DNA of 64,000 nucleotides, taken from NCBI GenBank assembly GCA_010405405.1, contig MU004233.1:1862566-1926565 (forward strand). Reading direction: 5' to 3'. Of the stretch, positions 38,030 through 51,324 are shown in pieces; position 1 is the stretch's first letter, and each line of letters opens with the position of its first letter. This stretch comes from Microthyrium microscopicum. Its lineage: Eukaryota. A model generated the notes under the pieces. The model searched no databases. It was not told the DNA's origin and was given only the letters and a program-made list of their open reading frames with translations. The translations under genes and the position numbers were made by a program.

Positions 38030-39391
38030 CTATCGGCGACGACTTGGATCCTTTTCATACCGTCCATCGTCTCTATCTCGCCGCGAAGGCTTTTCATATT
38101 TATCTTCTCTATACTTTTCTCGTTTGTCGTCGTGATATTTGTCTTTTCGGTATTTTCGATCTTCTCGATCGCGTCGGTCTTCGTCCTTTCGTGATCTGTA
38201 CTTCGTATCGCGCTCAGTAGTAGGACTACGGCTTCGCTGCCGTTTCTTCTCACTTCGCCGATGGTCATCATCTTTCCTCCTTCGCCGGTGGCCATCATCA
38301 CTGTCGTCTGAATAGTTCCGTTTCCGACGATCCCGACCATCATCTCGATCTTTTCTAGAGCTACGCTTGTGGTCGGAATCGTACTTGTCTCGTTTCTTGT
38401 CAAAATCTCGATCCGAATTGCGGTAATCGTCACGTCGGCTTTTCTTCTCTGAGCGGCTCCCTTCATTGTCGTCAAAAACAAGTTCTGTGGAGGTTTTGCC
38501 TTGATCGTCCAATCTTGCCTTGAGCTCCTCTTCCGTCAAAACCTCACCAGTCTTTTTGTTCTTGAGAACCACTGGATTATATGCTTCCACTTTCTTCGGG
38601 CCCTTGTGTCGTGCTGATTTGCCCCACTCCCCAAGCTCGATGCCTACAGCAGATGATGGCTTGGCTCCAACACCGAGCAGCGCAGGCCGTCTTTCTACCA
38701 CTTTTGGTTTCAAGGCAAAAGTGCCTTTGCCGATTGTTTCTGTGTCCTTCCATCCCATCCCTCTGAGAGCTGCCGCACCAAATTCTGATGGTGGAACCGC
38801 CAGGTATTGATCCAGCGTTGGTACATCTTGCGCACCTTCCATGTCCCGCCGAAGCGCCTCATCCTCATCTGCTATCGGGATCATCATATTCGAAGTCCCC
38901 TGGTTTCCCATGATCGCATCAAGCGCAATTTCATCCTCCGTCCTCTCTTTCCGCGTGCTTGGTTCCGCCTCCTTATCATTTGCTTCTACTCCCTCCATAG
39001 CCTCCCCATCGCCATCTACCTCCGGCTTCTTTGTGGGCACCGACAAACCATACGTGACCTCTTTCTTCTTGATCACGATATCATTCCCATTTTCCTGCGG
39101 TATATCACTGCGTTGCTTCTTGCGACGTCCATATTCGAGGATATCGCTATTCGGTTGGGCAGGAATTACGAGTGGGCCGGCCTTCTTGTTAAGTCCGTCA
39201 TTGGCATGTACGGCGCCACCAGCGGTATGGTCAAAAGCCGAGATTTCTACGTGCTTGCCGCTTGTGGCATCTTCGTCGTCGGAATCGTGGAGCGCGACGG
39301 CTGCTGAGCGCTTGATGCCGTTTGAGGGTTTGAGGGCGGGTTTTTTGCCAAAGGCCAGTGATACCTTCTTGGGCGCGAATCCACTGGCCAT
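38030..39391 (-). CDS. SPP2: G-patch pre-mRNA splicing factor Spp2
   Basis: Y..VPPSEFGAAALRGMGWK...RRPALLGVGAK (Spp2/MOS2-type G-patch), GPLVIP block, RD/RE-rich C-terminus. Confidence 0.88.
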   Translation of the reverse strand: MASGFAPKKVSLAFGKKPALKPSNGIKRSAAVALHDSDDEDATSGKHVEISAFDHTAGGAVHANDGLNKKAGPLVIPAQPNSDILEYGRRKKQRSDIPQENGNDIVIKKKEVTYGLSVPTKKPEVDGDGEAMEGVEANDKEAEPSTRKERTEDEIALDAIMGNQGTSNMMIPIADEDEALRRDMEGAQDVPTLDQYLAVPPSEFGAAALRGMGWKDTETIGKGTFALKPKVVERRPALLGVGAKPSSAVGIELGEWGKSARHKGPKKVEAYNPVVLKNKKTGEVLTEEELKARLDDQGKTSTELVFDDNEGSRSEKKSRRDDYRNSDRDFDKKRDKYDSDHKRSSRKDRDDGRDRRKRNYSDDSDDGHRRRRKDDDHRRSEKKRQRSRSPTTERDTKYRSRKDEDRRDREDRKYRKDKYHDDKREKYREDKYEKPSRRDRDDGRYEKDPSRRR

Positions 39392-39777
39392 TTTTGTAAG
39401 AGCGGGTATACGATAGGGAGAATTGTAGCGACTCAGATGGTTGCAGTTTCAAAAGTATTTACAGCAGATTTCGATGTCACGTGTTAGGCACAATTTGCGC
39501 ACGGGCCTTGATCTATCTTGAGATCTTTTTGTTTGGAAATGCTCATCGATTTTTAGACAACATTTTCACAGAGTAAGTTTAAAGACAAAGAGCACGCCAA
39601 AGTTCTTTCGGTATTGGTATTTTCGAATAAACATTATTTCGTCACAATTTCCGTTGGAGTCAATCTCACACCCAGAACCGATGAAGCATGCCGCATGCCG
39701 TGACGGTGCCAAGAGTGATACAACAACATTCCATCACTCCAGAGCCTCAATCGTACCATCTGACCGTGCCCAAGCAA

Positions 39778-40198
39778 TTATGGCCGACCGCATGCAGCTT
39801 CTGGCTTTTCTAGGCAGTACAATCCATTGTAGGAGCACCCATCAAGCATGTAGACACTCGTGCCTACGCCAGTGCCGTCATCGTCATCGCATAACCAGAC
39901 TGTCATGTCAACAGTCGCGTTGGAGGGCTGACAGTCCGGATTGTCGGCGCCGCAGAGGGTGCCTGGGCAGTTTTCAGATTCGCACCAGGCCTTCTTCAGG
40001 GCATCATAGGTCGCGAGCTTTTCTGGGAGGTTGTCAGCGCATTTGATCATAGGATTATGTAGGTATGTAGAGGGATTACTTACTGACGGCTGGATTATAT
40101 CCGCAAAGCATTTTGCCGAACGGACAGACATCTGAGGCAGCTTGAGCAGAGACCGCTAAGGGCAGGAGAAGAGAGGTTAAAAGTAAGACTTGCTTCAT
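39778..40198 (-). CDS. Small secreted 10-Cys protein (119 aa); candidate effector; 2 exons
   Basis: Intron 40023-40083 gives a 360-nt CDS: MKQVLLLTSLLLPLAVSA-QAASDVCPFGKMLCGYNPAVKKLATY...CLEKPEAACGRP*. Confidence 0.8.
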
Positions 40199-41205
40199 GA
40201 TTCGATTCGATTCACGATGCTCGGTTGACTATGAGTGTAAGGAAAAACAGTTTCCATGACGAGCAGAAAGCTCCTTAAGATGTTAGAATAAAGCCGTTTG
40301 CGCAACAAAGTGAAAGGTGAAAAGTATCCCTTGGAAGGGGCTATCTTGGCTCCAAGAATGAGGACAAAGACTTGGTGAAAGGTACGACTGCCCTATTTGA
40401 GCCATGGCCTTCACTCCGGGATCTGATAATGGACAAAGCCCACGTGCATCGTGATGTTTTGTGTTACTCTTGACCTGGGACAGTCAGTAATCATTTTGGT
40501 TGTATGACCTGATCGTGGAACGTTTCCAGCCATAACGTTAAATGACATGCGACTTGTGCAAATGTACACAAGACTTGCAAGTCGTTCTGTACCACGGCTT
40601 CAAGTATCTGAGATTTCTTCATGTTGCTTGAAAATCGATTACTGGAAGAGACCTGACAGTAACCAGTGTTTGGACAAGAAGCCATAGTTGTTATCCTACA
40701 GTATACGCATGATCTTTGGATGGTTTCTCCCATAGATTACGCTGTCTGCCATGTCATCTCTCTAAGAAACACGGATCTAATACCGATCAGACGCGTTAAA
40801 GGTTCACCAGATGATCGAATGGGCTGGGAATGCATAATTTCTCGTCATTGTACGGCTCGCGTCGTGTTGGTTGTACTCTTATAAACTACGATATCCGCCA
40901 TAACACCTCTGAAAGAAAGACAGGTTCACTTTCCATCTAGTGCGTTACATACCTGCAAACATAGCGAGTGTGACGGGAGTCAGAGCCTTCCTTCTCTAAC
41001 AAGTGTTATAGCAGATACCGTAGACGATGGTAATGTTGGCTCGATTCCGTCGACACTCGGAAGCAGAAGAACATTGGATGTCACGGTCACACGTTGAATT
41101 ATAGATAATTGCACGATACATGTAAACTGCAATTCGCATTTCCGATCATAACTTTTGGAATACAAACCTAAAAAGCACATTTTTAAATCAAACCCGAGGA
41201 CCGAA

Positions 41206-41269
41206 AAACGACGATGGAGGTCTTGAAACGACGATGGAGGTCTTGAAACGACGATGGAGGTCTTGAAAC
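41206..41269. repeat. Perfect 20-bp minisatellite, about 3.2 copies
   Basis: Unit AAACGACGATGGAGGTCTTG repeated head-to-tail with no spacers. Confidence 0.95.
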
Positions 41270-41780
41270 CCTACATCCATGCCTCGTCGAACCTTTCCCA
41301 CATGCTTGAAACTCCAGTCGACGATTGTAGTAGTAACCACGTTCTGGCTCTTTTGATTCTTTTGATATAGGCGCAGGGTGTGAGCTCTTGCTTTGTGAAT
41401 CTTGGGCCTTTGTTGTAGGAGGTTGTTTATTGGTGTTTCTGTAGGTAGGCACCACATGTGCTATTCTTGTATATGGTGTCGAGTTTTGTGTATAGGAATC
41501 GACTTTGATGGTGGAGTAGACTGGACTGGGACTGAAAATGAGATGCCATTGAGGCCACAGCATTGCTGATGCAGAGCCCGGGGCGGATGAATTGAAGAAA
41601 AGGACCAAGGATGGCCCAACTTGAAGCATTGGGAAAATACGCCAATAGGCACGGCTGCTGAAAGACGTAATTTGACATACTCAGCATGTCGTGAGCTCAG
41701 TCTGACTGTTTTTCTGATGACTTGTGGTCATCGCTCTGGACAATTAGATATGCCAGGTTGGGCGACAGAAAAGAATAAAT

Positions 41781-42877
41781 CTAAAAACTCGGAAAGCTTG
41801 TAGAGTACAAACTCGCCTGGAGGTTGATCATTCTTCTGAACTCAGCTTGATAGGCTCTGGAAAGCGAAAGGTGTAGGTCTCTGCGCTGTTCCGAGCACTT
41901 CTCAAAGTCGGTACAGTTCGTAGTGGATTCAGAAACCACTCTTACTTTGCTTTGGATGTTGCAGATATTGTCGACCACATTTCCGATGGCCACATATCCA
42001 GCATACCAATCAAAAAGGATGCTTTGAAGTTCAAGGCTTATAGCAACGGAGATGGGGACGGTGATATCTTCTTCGCTGACGGTGATATCTTTTTCGCTGA
42101 AGGCTGCTTCAAGCAACAGGAAAACCAGGCCTATATCAAAGGGTGTTTCGAGGACTTCCTGCTTCAATGCTTCGAGACAGTGCTTTTTCAGTTGCGGAGG
42201 TACCTGAAGGTAACACATAGCTTGCAGTACCTAATAAAGATAAGTGTTTTGGCTCATCGATTTTGTGCTTATAATACTCTAATGAACTCACCTCAATGTA
42301 TTTGCGCCAACGGTCTCGTACTGATAGTTTGAAACTGAAAGAGGGTTGCCGAAGGTACCCCATATCAACGATGTACTTGATAATATCCGAAGACAATTCA
42401 ATATTGTAGTCGAATACCTGTAAAGAGACGTAAGTGCATGTAAATAGGTTGTCATTGTGGATTGCCCGATGAGCTAACGAACCTGATAATCATTTGCAAT
42501 GAGTGTAGCGAGCTCTTGGCTGAAAGTCGAAGCTATGGTCTTATGTACTGAGAGTATTATTCCATCGTCGCAATGTATATCCAGGTCTGTGGTGTTTTGA
42601 GCAAAGTATTCCCTAGGACTGTCAGCGAATGTTACCCGAGCAGACTTACTGTCGAAGTCTATACGTACCGACAGATAGCGCCATAAACTTGCTGTGAAAT
42701 GAAAGTGTCTACAGGAGAAGAAGGCACATCAATTTGTACCGTTTGGAGGGCTAGCTGTCCTTGTGAAGGGGATGTTGAAATTGAGCTGTCCTTCTTCTCC
42801 AAACCTGTATCATCCTGGAGCTCTCCGAGATAGGTGTACTCGATATCACCAGTAGGTTCTTCATCCAGAGGACACAT
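41781..42877 (-). CDS. Divergent BTB/POZ-domain protein; 5' end uncertain
   Basis: Exons 42618-42483, 42417-42292 and 42230-41781 splice in frame to TDLDIHCDDGIILSVHKTIASTFSQELATLI...IELSSDIIKYIVDMGY...VLQAMCYLQVPPQLKKHCLEAL, which follows the BTB pattern. Confidence 0.55.
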
Positions 42878-43967
42878 ATCGTGACTGGTTGGAAGTAGTT
42901 GAATTTGAAATTCTCACTGAAGTCGAGACTGATCAAGGAAACAAACGTGATATTGAGATTCCGAACTGTGATAGAGATGAAGTGGACTAGTTGATGAACT
43001 TGTAAAGGACTTTGAGTCTTCTGCTCCACAAAGATAAAGGATATATATATCGTTGCTTTCACTAGATCGCAGAGCACTTTCCCTCTTGGGAAAGTTGAGA
43101 ATGCTCAGAAAGAATCCTCAGCGGAGTTGAGTTCTCCATTTGCTGAGGATTTGCTGCATTGAGTCAAAAGAAAGATCGGTGATTGGCACTTACCAGCAGA
43201 AGAGTCCACAGCTGCAACACTGCTTTCACTACGATTCAAGTCCTGAAGTCGCGTGAAGACCATGTCCAAAGAGCAAGTCAGGCTAGAATGACAGCTCGCG
43301 CGTTCCTCTGGCTTCGAATGAACCAAGTCCATTGACTATGATAGGTCTCTGCCATCACATTTCGTAAAGCCAGACTGCTCGTGATTGCCGTTCCGTGTGT
43401 TCAGAAGCGTATGAGATTATTGCATGCGATGTGAGACAGCAGGTGTTCTCCAAGTGCTACTGCCGCATTGTGGGTGGAAGCATCACATATATCTCGCTGA
43501 CTTTGACGCCAGTCCCATCAAGTGCGATGGCTACCATAGCATTCGATACGAGGTCCAAGCCGATGGATATTCGTACTTGAAGGGAGTATCATACAGTCGG
43601 CTGATATGGCGCTTGTTAGCATAAGAAGAACGAAGTAAACAGTAAATTTGGAAGGATCGATATGTGAGGTGAAACTAGAGCTGTCGATTGGAGGAGATTG
43701 ATGATTCTGATATACAGGTTCCACGGCCCAAAATTGTTCCCCCTAAATCAGGAATCTTGAAGTGAGTACGTGGTTTTCTTCTAGTCTCTTGACGAGAGAC
43801 CAGTACCAAAAGTGTATAAAGCTTTACTGCATGCCATGTTATACAACCCAAACGCCGAACCATCCCATCAACGCCGGCCAGCGGTATCCATGGACGTAAG
43901 TACGCCCCAAGAAGTATTTCATCGCTTGCTGACCCATATCTTTCTTTGAGACACTATCACAGCTCTT

Positions 43968-44737
43968 TTACACAATCATCTTCTCTCTCTTCAAGTTAAA
44001 CGCTCGCTGATCCTTAAGCCACCTCCGATAATCGCTAACACTACCAATCTTCTCCCCATAATAATCCGGCACCGGGTTCTGATACGATGATCTCGTAGGA
44101 TCAACTCTATGTTTTCGAATCCGTTGGAAAAACTCCTTTTCTTTCTACCGTTCACATTAGTCCCATATCATCCCAAATTCCGAATATTCTGATAACTCAC
44201 CTCCATAATCGGCACCCGTAGCGCGCGATACCTTAAATTAAACAACGCATTCCCAAAAATCGGCCCAATCAACCAACCCGACGCCGCCGTCGCTACAACG
44301 ATAATACCCATCGTAATCAACGGATCCAGACCCACGACTTGTGAGGCTAGTGTCTCGACTTCGTGGATGGTAATTGCGTACATGCTGCCCGCTACGCAGG
44401 CGCCGATGCCAAGGACGGAGGCGATTACGTTGATTCGGCGGCGTGTTTTGCGGAGTTGGAGGAAGCGATTCCAGGTTAGGGATTCAACAGGCGCAGAGCC
44501 TGCGGAGAGTGCGCCGGGTGCGGCAGCCGCAGTGCTGGCGTTTCGCGTGAGAAGACGGAGGGATGGGTTTGCGGTATATTTCGGAGCTGGTGCTATGAGA
44601 GCGGTGCGACGAATGGGGAGGGTGCTGTGTTGGCGGATAGGGAGTCGGAGAGATAGTGTTGGTAGGGAGATTGTTGTGGTTGTTGGTCGGAGGGATTGGC
44701 ATGGCAGACTTGCCACGGGGAGGCGAGCGCAAATCAT
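43968..44737 (-). CDS. PAM17: Mitochondrial presequence translocase-associated motor subunit; 2 exons
   Basis: LTWNRFLQLR, GLDP, GWLIGP.FG, then after intron 44145-44200 KEKEFFQRIRKHRVDP...NPVPDYYGEKIGSVSDYRRWLKDQRAFN. Confidence 0.94.
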
Positions 44738-45799
44738 GGTGAGAGGCTCGGAGGATAGTTTGAGAAGGAGTGGAGATTTTGATGTTGATGGGGTATGTAT
44801 GAGTCTGAATTATCACATTAATGTTGTTGGAGACAAAGTGAGGTCAGTGATTGATTTTGGGGCTAGCTGGATTGGGCTAGATAAGATTTGATGTCTGATC
44901 ATGTCTTGTTTTAGTCTCTCAAGTCTCTCTATCAGAATCGTATGCCCCGATTTTCCTCGCCAATAGACTAATATAACGGGTACTCAATTTGCTGGGAATT
45001 GTCTTGGGAATCCAAGGCGTACCAACATCTGTAGCGGCCATCGTACTTGCCGGGCGGAGGTCATTCAATTTGACCATATGGAGAGACATTGGAGTCGACA
45101 TTCCGAACTCGAGAATCCTCAACGCTCAAAGAAGTAATTGAACCTCCGTCTTTACGGCTTGATTTGACATTGTCACATCATACTTTCCGCCAAGGGAGTG
45201 TTTACTTTGTTTCATCTCATACATCAACCTGTAAAGATACAATCTTCATATCATGATTCAGTGGAACTTGAAGCTGGTCATGCTGAGGTTGGAGAGGATA
45301 TAGCTAGTGTAGTAGTGAGAAATATGAGATACTTCTCGGAATAGACGGGAATATGTGAATCAAACATTTATTTTTTGAGGATGTAGTTGAGATGATTGAA
45401 AACATTTTGATGCATATGAAGAAGTAGCGCCTGACAAACTAGGCAAGAATCATGATGGAGGGTGCCGAAATAGGCCGAAATTGACCCCTGCGGTTGACCA
45501 GGTTGGCAAGAGCTCCAATTGGCGCTTGTCTGTTCATACTCTCACCTCTCAGCCAAAAGCAGGAGCAACAAATCTCGCTGCCACTCAAGCACTATCCAAC
45601 AATCACCCTTTCACTCCATCAACCTAAACATATCCCATCGCCATCCCTCATAAACCTCTCCGCTTCTTTATACTCACACTGCCGGTCGGTTTGGTCTACT
45701 ACTTCCATACTTAATCTGCCTTACCATTCCGTGTGAAAACCCCTAATACTCTCCGGCGCAGCTGGATGAAGTTGACTACGTGGTCGACCTAGCTCCATC

Positions 45800-48700
45800 A
45801 TGGCTCGTCAGCTCCCTATTCAATTCAATGAGCGCCTACAGGTATTTCCATCTGAGTATATTACTGTTGAACTCTGCTAACTTATCTTGCTATAGCTCTC
45901 CAGCTACGATATTCAGGTATGCGCGCGTATTAGCATTGGCTCAGCTGTTTACTGCAGCCTGCACACGATCCGGCATCGCTAACTCTTCTCTAGCAACCCT
46001 CAATAAGTTTCGCCAGCTGTGTAAGCCATTCCGATCCTTTTTGACCTTATTCCCTCGAGTCTAACGTATATTGATCCTCTAGACCCTCGAATCCGACAAT
46101 TACATCTGCATCCGACAGCAAGCTGAAGGTTCTGCATCCCCCGAAGTACTCATTGTCGATCTCGCGAATGGCGGAAACCTCATCAAACGGCCTATCAAGG
46201 CCGACAGTGCAATCATGCATTGGAACAAGTTCATCATCGCCCTCAAAGCTCAGGCTAGAACCCTGCAGATTTTCGATCTCGAGAATAAAGCCAAGCTAAA
46301 GTCTTTCACAATGAACGAAGATGTGGTCTTTTGGAAATGGATCAGCGAGACTGAGCTCGGTCTGGTTACGGAGACGGCTGTATGGCACTGGAACGTGATG
46401 GACAGCACATCGGCCTCTCCTACCAAAGTCTTTGACCGCCAGCCAAATCTTGCCGTAAGACCACATGCCAGATTGCGCTTGGAAGAGACTAACATTGCGT
46501 AGGGAAACCAAATCATCAACTACCGTGTGAGCGGCGATGCGAAGTGGATGGTATTGGTCGGAATTGCTCAATCACAGGGTCGTGTTGTTGGAAACATGCA
46601 ACTATACTCTCTTGAGCGTCGGATCAGTCAATCTATCGAAGGTCATGCCGCTGGCTTTGGAACATATCGCCTGGAAGGTGCTCCAGCGGACTCCAAACTC
46701 TTCTCTTTTGCCGTTCGAACCGCTACGGGCGCCAAGCTACATATCGTCGAGGTTGACCACAAGGCTCCCAACCCAACCTTTGCCAAGAAGACGGTGGACA
46801 TATACTTCCCAGCAGAGGCGACTAGCGATTTCCCTGTTGCGTTGCAAGTTTCGGACAAATACAAGGTCATCTACATGGTCACCAAATATGGATTCATTCA
46901 TCTGTATGACCTCGAGACCGGCACTTGCATTTTCATGAACCGCATTTCTTCCGAGACCATTTTCACAACCTGCTCCGATTCTCAGTCAGCAGGAATCCTC
47001 GCAATCAACCGAAAGGGCCAGGTTCTAGCTGTCAGCATTGATGAGGCCAATATTGTTCCGTACTTGCTACAGAACGCCAATGTTGACCTTGCCATCTCCC
47101 TTGCATCACGCGCCGGCCTTCCAGGAGCAGAAAGCCTTTACGACCAGAAGTTTACAACCTTGATGAACTCTCAGCAATACTTCGAGGCCGCCAAGGTTGC
47201 TGCAAACTCGCCTGGCGGATTCTTGAGAACAGCTCAAACTATTGAACGCTTCAAGAGCGTGCCAGTTCAGGTTTGTTTCAATACCACTTTTGTAATCTTG
47301 TACTAATAAGTTCCAGCCTGGTTCGCTGTCAATCATCCTCCAATACTTTGGTATGCTTCTAGACAAAGGTTCACTAAACAAGCACGAGACATTGGAACTG
47401 GTCCGTCCAGTTCTTCAACAAAACCGAAAGCATCTCTTAGAAAAGTGGTTGAAGGAAGAGAAGCTCGAATGCTCCGAGGAACTTGGAGATATTGTTCGAG
47501 CTCATGACCTTAATCTTGCGTTAGTCATCTATACCCGTGCCAAAATACCGCAGAAGGTCGTGGCTTCCCTCGCCGAACTTGGACAATTCGACAAGATCAT
47601 CCCATATACCAAGGAAACCGGATATACACCAGATTACAATGTTCTTCTCCAGCACATCGTAAGAGTTTCCCCGGAACGAGGATCTGAATTCGCTTTGCAA
47701 CTTGCCAAGGATGAAGCTGGACCAAGAATCGACCTTGACCGTGTCGTGGATATTTTCCAGTCCCAAGGCATGATTCAACAAGCCACTGCATTCTTGCTCG
47801 ATGTTCTATCGGGCAATCTTCCAGAACAAGGCCATCTTCAGACACGTCTTCTCGAAATGAACCTGCTGAATGCGCCTCAAGTTGCGGATGCTATCATGGG
47901 CAACGACATGTTCACATACTACGACAAGCCTCGTATTGCCCAACTCTGCGAAGGTGCCGGTTTGCCATCTCGAGCACTTGAACATACCCAGGATCCAGAG
48001 GTAATCAAGCGCATCATCGTCAAGACTGAACAATTCAAAGATGAGGAGTGGCTCATGAACTACTTTGGCAATCTTACCGTCGAACTTTCTCTAGAATGCT
48101 TGGACGCCATGCTGACTTACAATATTCGCCAAAATCTGCAAATCGTCATCCGGATTGCTCAGAAGTACTCGGATCTTCTTGGTCCTACCCGCTTGATTGG
48201 ACTATTTGAAAAATACCAAACGGCCGAAGGATTGTTTTACTACTTGGGAGCCATCGTTAATGTTGCCGAGGATAAGGACGTCACATTCAAATATATCGAG
48301 GCTGCTACTAGACTCGGCCAATTGAATGAGGTGGAGAGAGTCTGTCGTGAGAGCAACTCGTTCGACGTAAGTATCCTTTCCATGCCCTTCTTGATGTATG
48401 TGCAATTAACAAGAAATTATAGCCCGAGAAAGTCAAGAATTTCCTTAAAGAAGCAAATCTTTCAGAGCAGCTACCATTGATCGTCGTCTGCGATCGTTTC
48501 AACTTTGTTCACGATCTGATCCTCTATCTTTACAAGAAGCAGCAATTCCAGTCCATCGAAGTTTATGTTCAGCGCATCAACCCAGGCCGAACTCCTGCTG
48601 TTGTCGGAGGTCTTCTTGATGTAGATTGCGAGGAATCTGTCATTAAGAATCTTCTCTCCTCAGTCAACCCGATATCAGTCCCAATCGATGAACTCGTTGC

Positions 48701-51324
48701 TGAAGTTGAAACTCGCAACCGTCTCAAGCTTCTTCTACCATTCTTGGAAGCCACTCTTGCTGCGGGTAATCAGCAACAAGCTGTGTACAATGCTTTGGCA
48801 AAAATTTACATCGATTCGAACAACAATCCCGAGAAATTTCTCCAAGAAAACGACCAATACGATTCACTTGTTGTTGGTAAATACTGCGAGAAGCGAGATC
48901 CAAATCTGGCCTTCATTGCTTACCGCAAAGGCCAAAATGATCTCGAGCTCATCAACATCACCAATGAGAACAGCATGTTCAAAGCACAAGCCCGATATGT
49001 CCTTGAGCGTGCTGATGCGGATGTCTGGAAGTTTGTTCTCGCTGATAGCAACATGCACCGCCGCTCGTTAATCGATTCTGTCATCTCAACCGCCGTTCCA
49101 GAATCGAGCGACCCTGAACAAGTTTCAGTAGCCGTCAAGGCGTTCGTTGACGAGGATCTTCCTGCTGAGCTTATTGAAATGCTTGAGAGAATCATTCTCG
49201 AACCGACTTCCTTTAGCGACAACAACACTTTGCAAAACCTGCTTATGTTCACTGCTGCCAAGGCTGACAAGGGTCGTGTGATGAACTACGTTCAGCAGCT
49301 TGAGAAGTACAGCCCTGACGATGTTGCTGGCTCTTTGATCGATCAAGGCATGTACGACGAGGCTTTCGAGATCTATCGCAAGCATGAAAAACACCAAGAA
49401 GCCGTCACCGTGCTGGTGGACCACATTGTCTCCATCGATCGCGCCCAGGAGTACGCTGATCGAGTCGATCAGCCCGAAGTCTGGAGCAAGGTCGGTAAGG
49501 CACAATTGGCTGGTCTTCGAGTCCCTGAAGCCATTGAATCCTATATCCGTGCTCAAGATCCATCCAACTTCCTCGAAGTCATTGAAATTGGCACAGAATC
49601 TGGTAAAGATGACGATCTTATCAAGTTTCTCAAGATGGCTCGCAAAACTCTCCGTGAAGTTCCTGTCGACACTGCTCTTGCTTTCTGCTATGCTCGCACT
49701 GGTCAACTACCCGAGCTTGAAGAGTTCCTCCGAGGCGCCAATGTCGCTGATGTTGAGGCATCAGGTGACAAGGCTTATGAAGAGGGACATCATGAAGCGG
49801 CAAAGATTTTCTATACCAGCATCTCCAACTGGGCCAAGCTTGCCACCACTTTGGTCCACCTCGAGGATTACCAGAGCGCCGTGGAATGTGCACGCAAAGC
49901 CAACAGCACCAAGGTCTGGAAACAAGTTCACGAGGCTTGCGTCGCCAAGAAGGAATTCCGTCTTGCTCAAATTTGTGGTCTCAACCTGATCGTTCATGCT
50001 GAGGAGCTGACTGATCTTGTTCGTCAATACGAGCATGCTGGTTACTTTGATGAACTCATTTCTTTACTCGAAGCTGGTCTTGGCCTCGAACGTGCCCACA
50101 TGGGGATGTTCACTGAACTTGGCATTGCTTTGACTAAATACCATCCAGACCGCGTGTTTGAGCATATCAAGATCTTCTGGACTCGTATCAACATGCCAAA
50201 GATGATTGCAGCCTGTAGCGAAGCCCACCTTTGGCCAGAGCTTGTCTTCTTGTACCATCATTACGAGGAATTTGACAACGCTGTTCTTGCCATGATGGAA
50301 CGTGCCGCCGACGCATGGGATCATAACTCCCTCAAGGAGATCATTGTCAAGGTTACTAACCTGGAAATCTACTATCGCGCAGTCACATTCTACCGCGATG
50401 AGCATCCTGGTCTCATTACCGATTTACTTGCCAGCCTTACTACTCGTATCGATGTCAACCGTGTGGTTACTATCTTCCAAAAGTCCGACGATATTCCTCT
50501 TATCAAGACATGGCTCATCAACGTTCAGCATCAAAACAAGCGTAGCGTCAATAATGCCATCCATGATGTCCTCATCGAGGAGGAAGATTACAAGACTCTT
50601 CGCGATAGTGTCAACTCTTATGACAACTACGATGCACCTGAGCTTGCTCAACGTCTTGAGCGTCATGACTTGGTCTTCTTCCGACAGATCGCCGCTAACA
50701 TCTGGCGAAAGAACAAGAGATGGCAGAAGTCCATTGAGCTCAGCAAACAAGACAAGCTCTACAAGGATGCCATCGAGACCGCTGCTCTCAGTGGAAAGTC
50801 TGATATTGTTGAAGAACTCCTCCGCTATGTAAGTACTCTCCTTAACATTTCATCTTCAACACTAACAACTCTCAGTTCGTTGATATTGGTTCCCGCGAAT
50901 GCTACGTCGGCATGCTATACTCATGCTACGAGCTTCTTCGACCAGACGTTGTACTCGAAATGGCCTGGCGCAATGGTCTCCACGACTTCACCATGGTATG
51001 TTCACTCTCATCTAACCATCAGCGTCATTTACTAATCTCCCTTCTTAGCCGTTCATGATCAACATGCTCTCCCAACAAACCGCCGCCATCGAAACACTCA
51101 AGCGCGACAACGAAGAGCGCAAAGCCCGCGAAGCCTCCCAGAAAAAAGAAGAAGATAACACCCCCATCCTCGGCGGCTCCCGTCTTCTCCTCACTCAAGG
51201 ACCTTCCAGCTCGCCTGCTCCTCAACCCTACGCCAATGGTGTCCCACCTCAAATGACTGGTCTACCACCTATGGCGACTGGTATGGGCGTTGCGGGCATG
51301 CAGGGTGGTTTCCGCGCGTTCTAG
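45800..51324 (+). CDS. CHC1: Clathrin heavy chain; multi-exon with 5' microexons
   Basis: [56 protein letters not shown] repeats throughout. Confidence 0.98.

Noticed and set aside
37999..38481. 160-aa alternative-frame ORF in the SPP2 3' region
   Set aside because: By-product of the low-complexity RD/RE-rich tail; no ATG start.
41206..41269. CRISPR-like appearance of the 20-bp repeat
   Set aside because: No spacers, eukaryotic context, no cas genes; it is a simple minisatellite.
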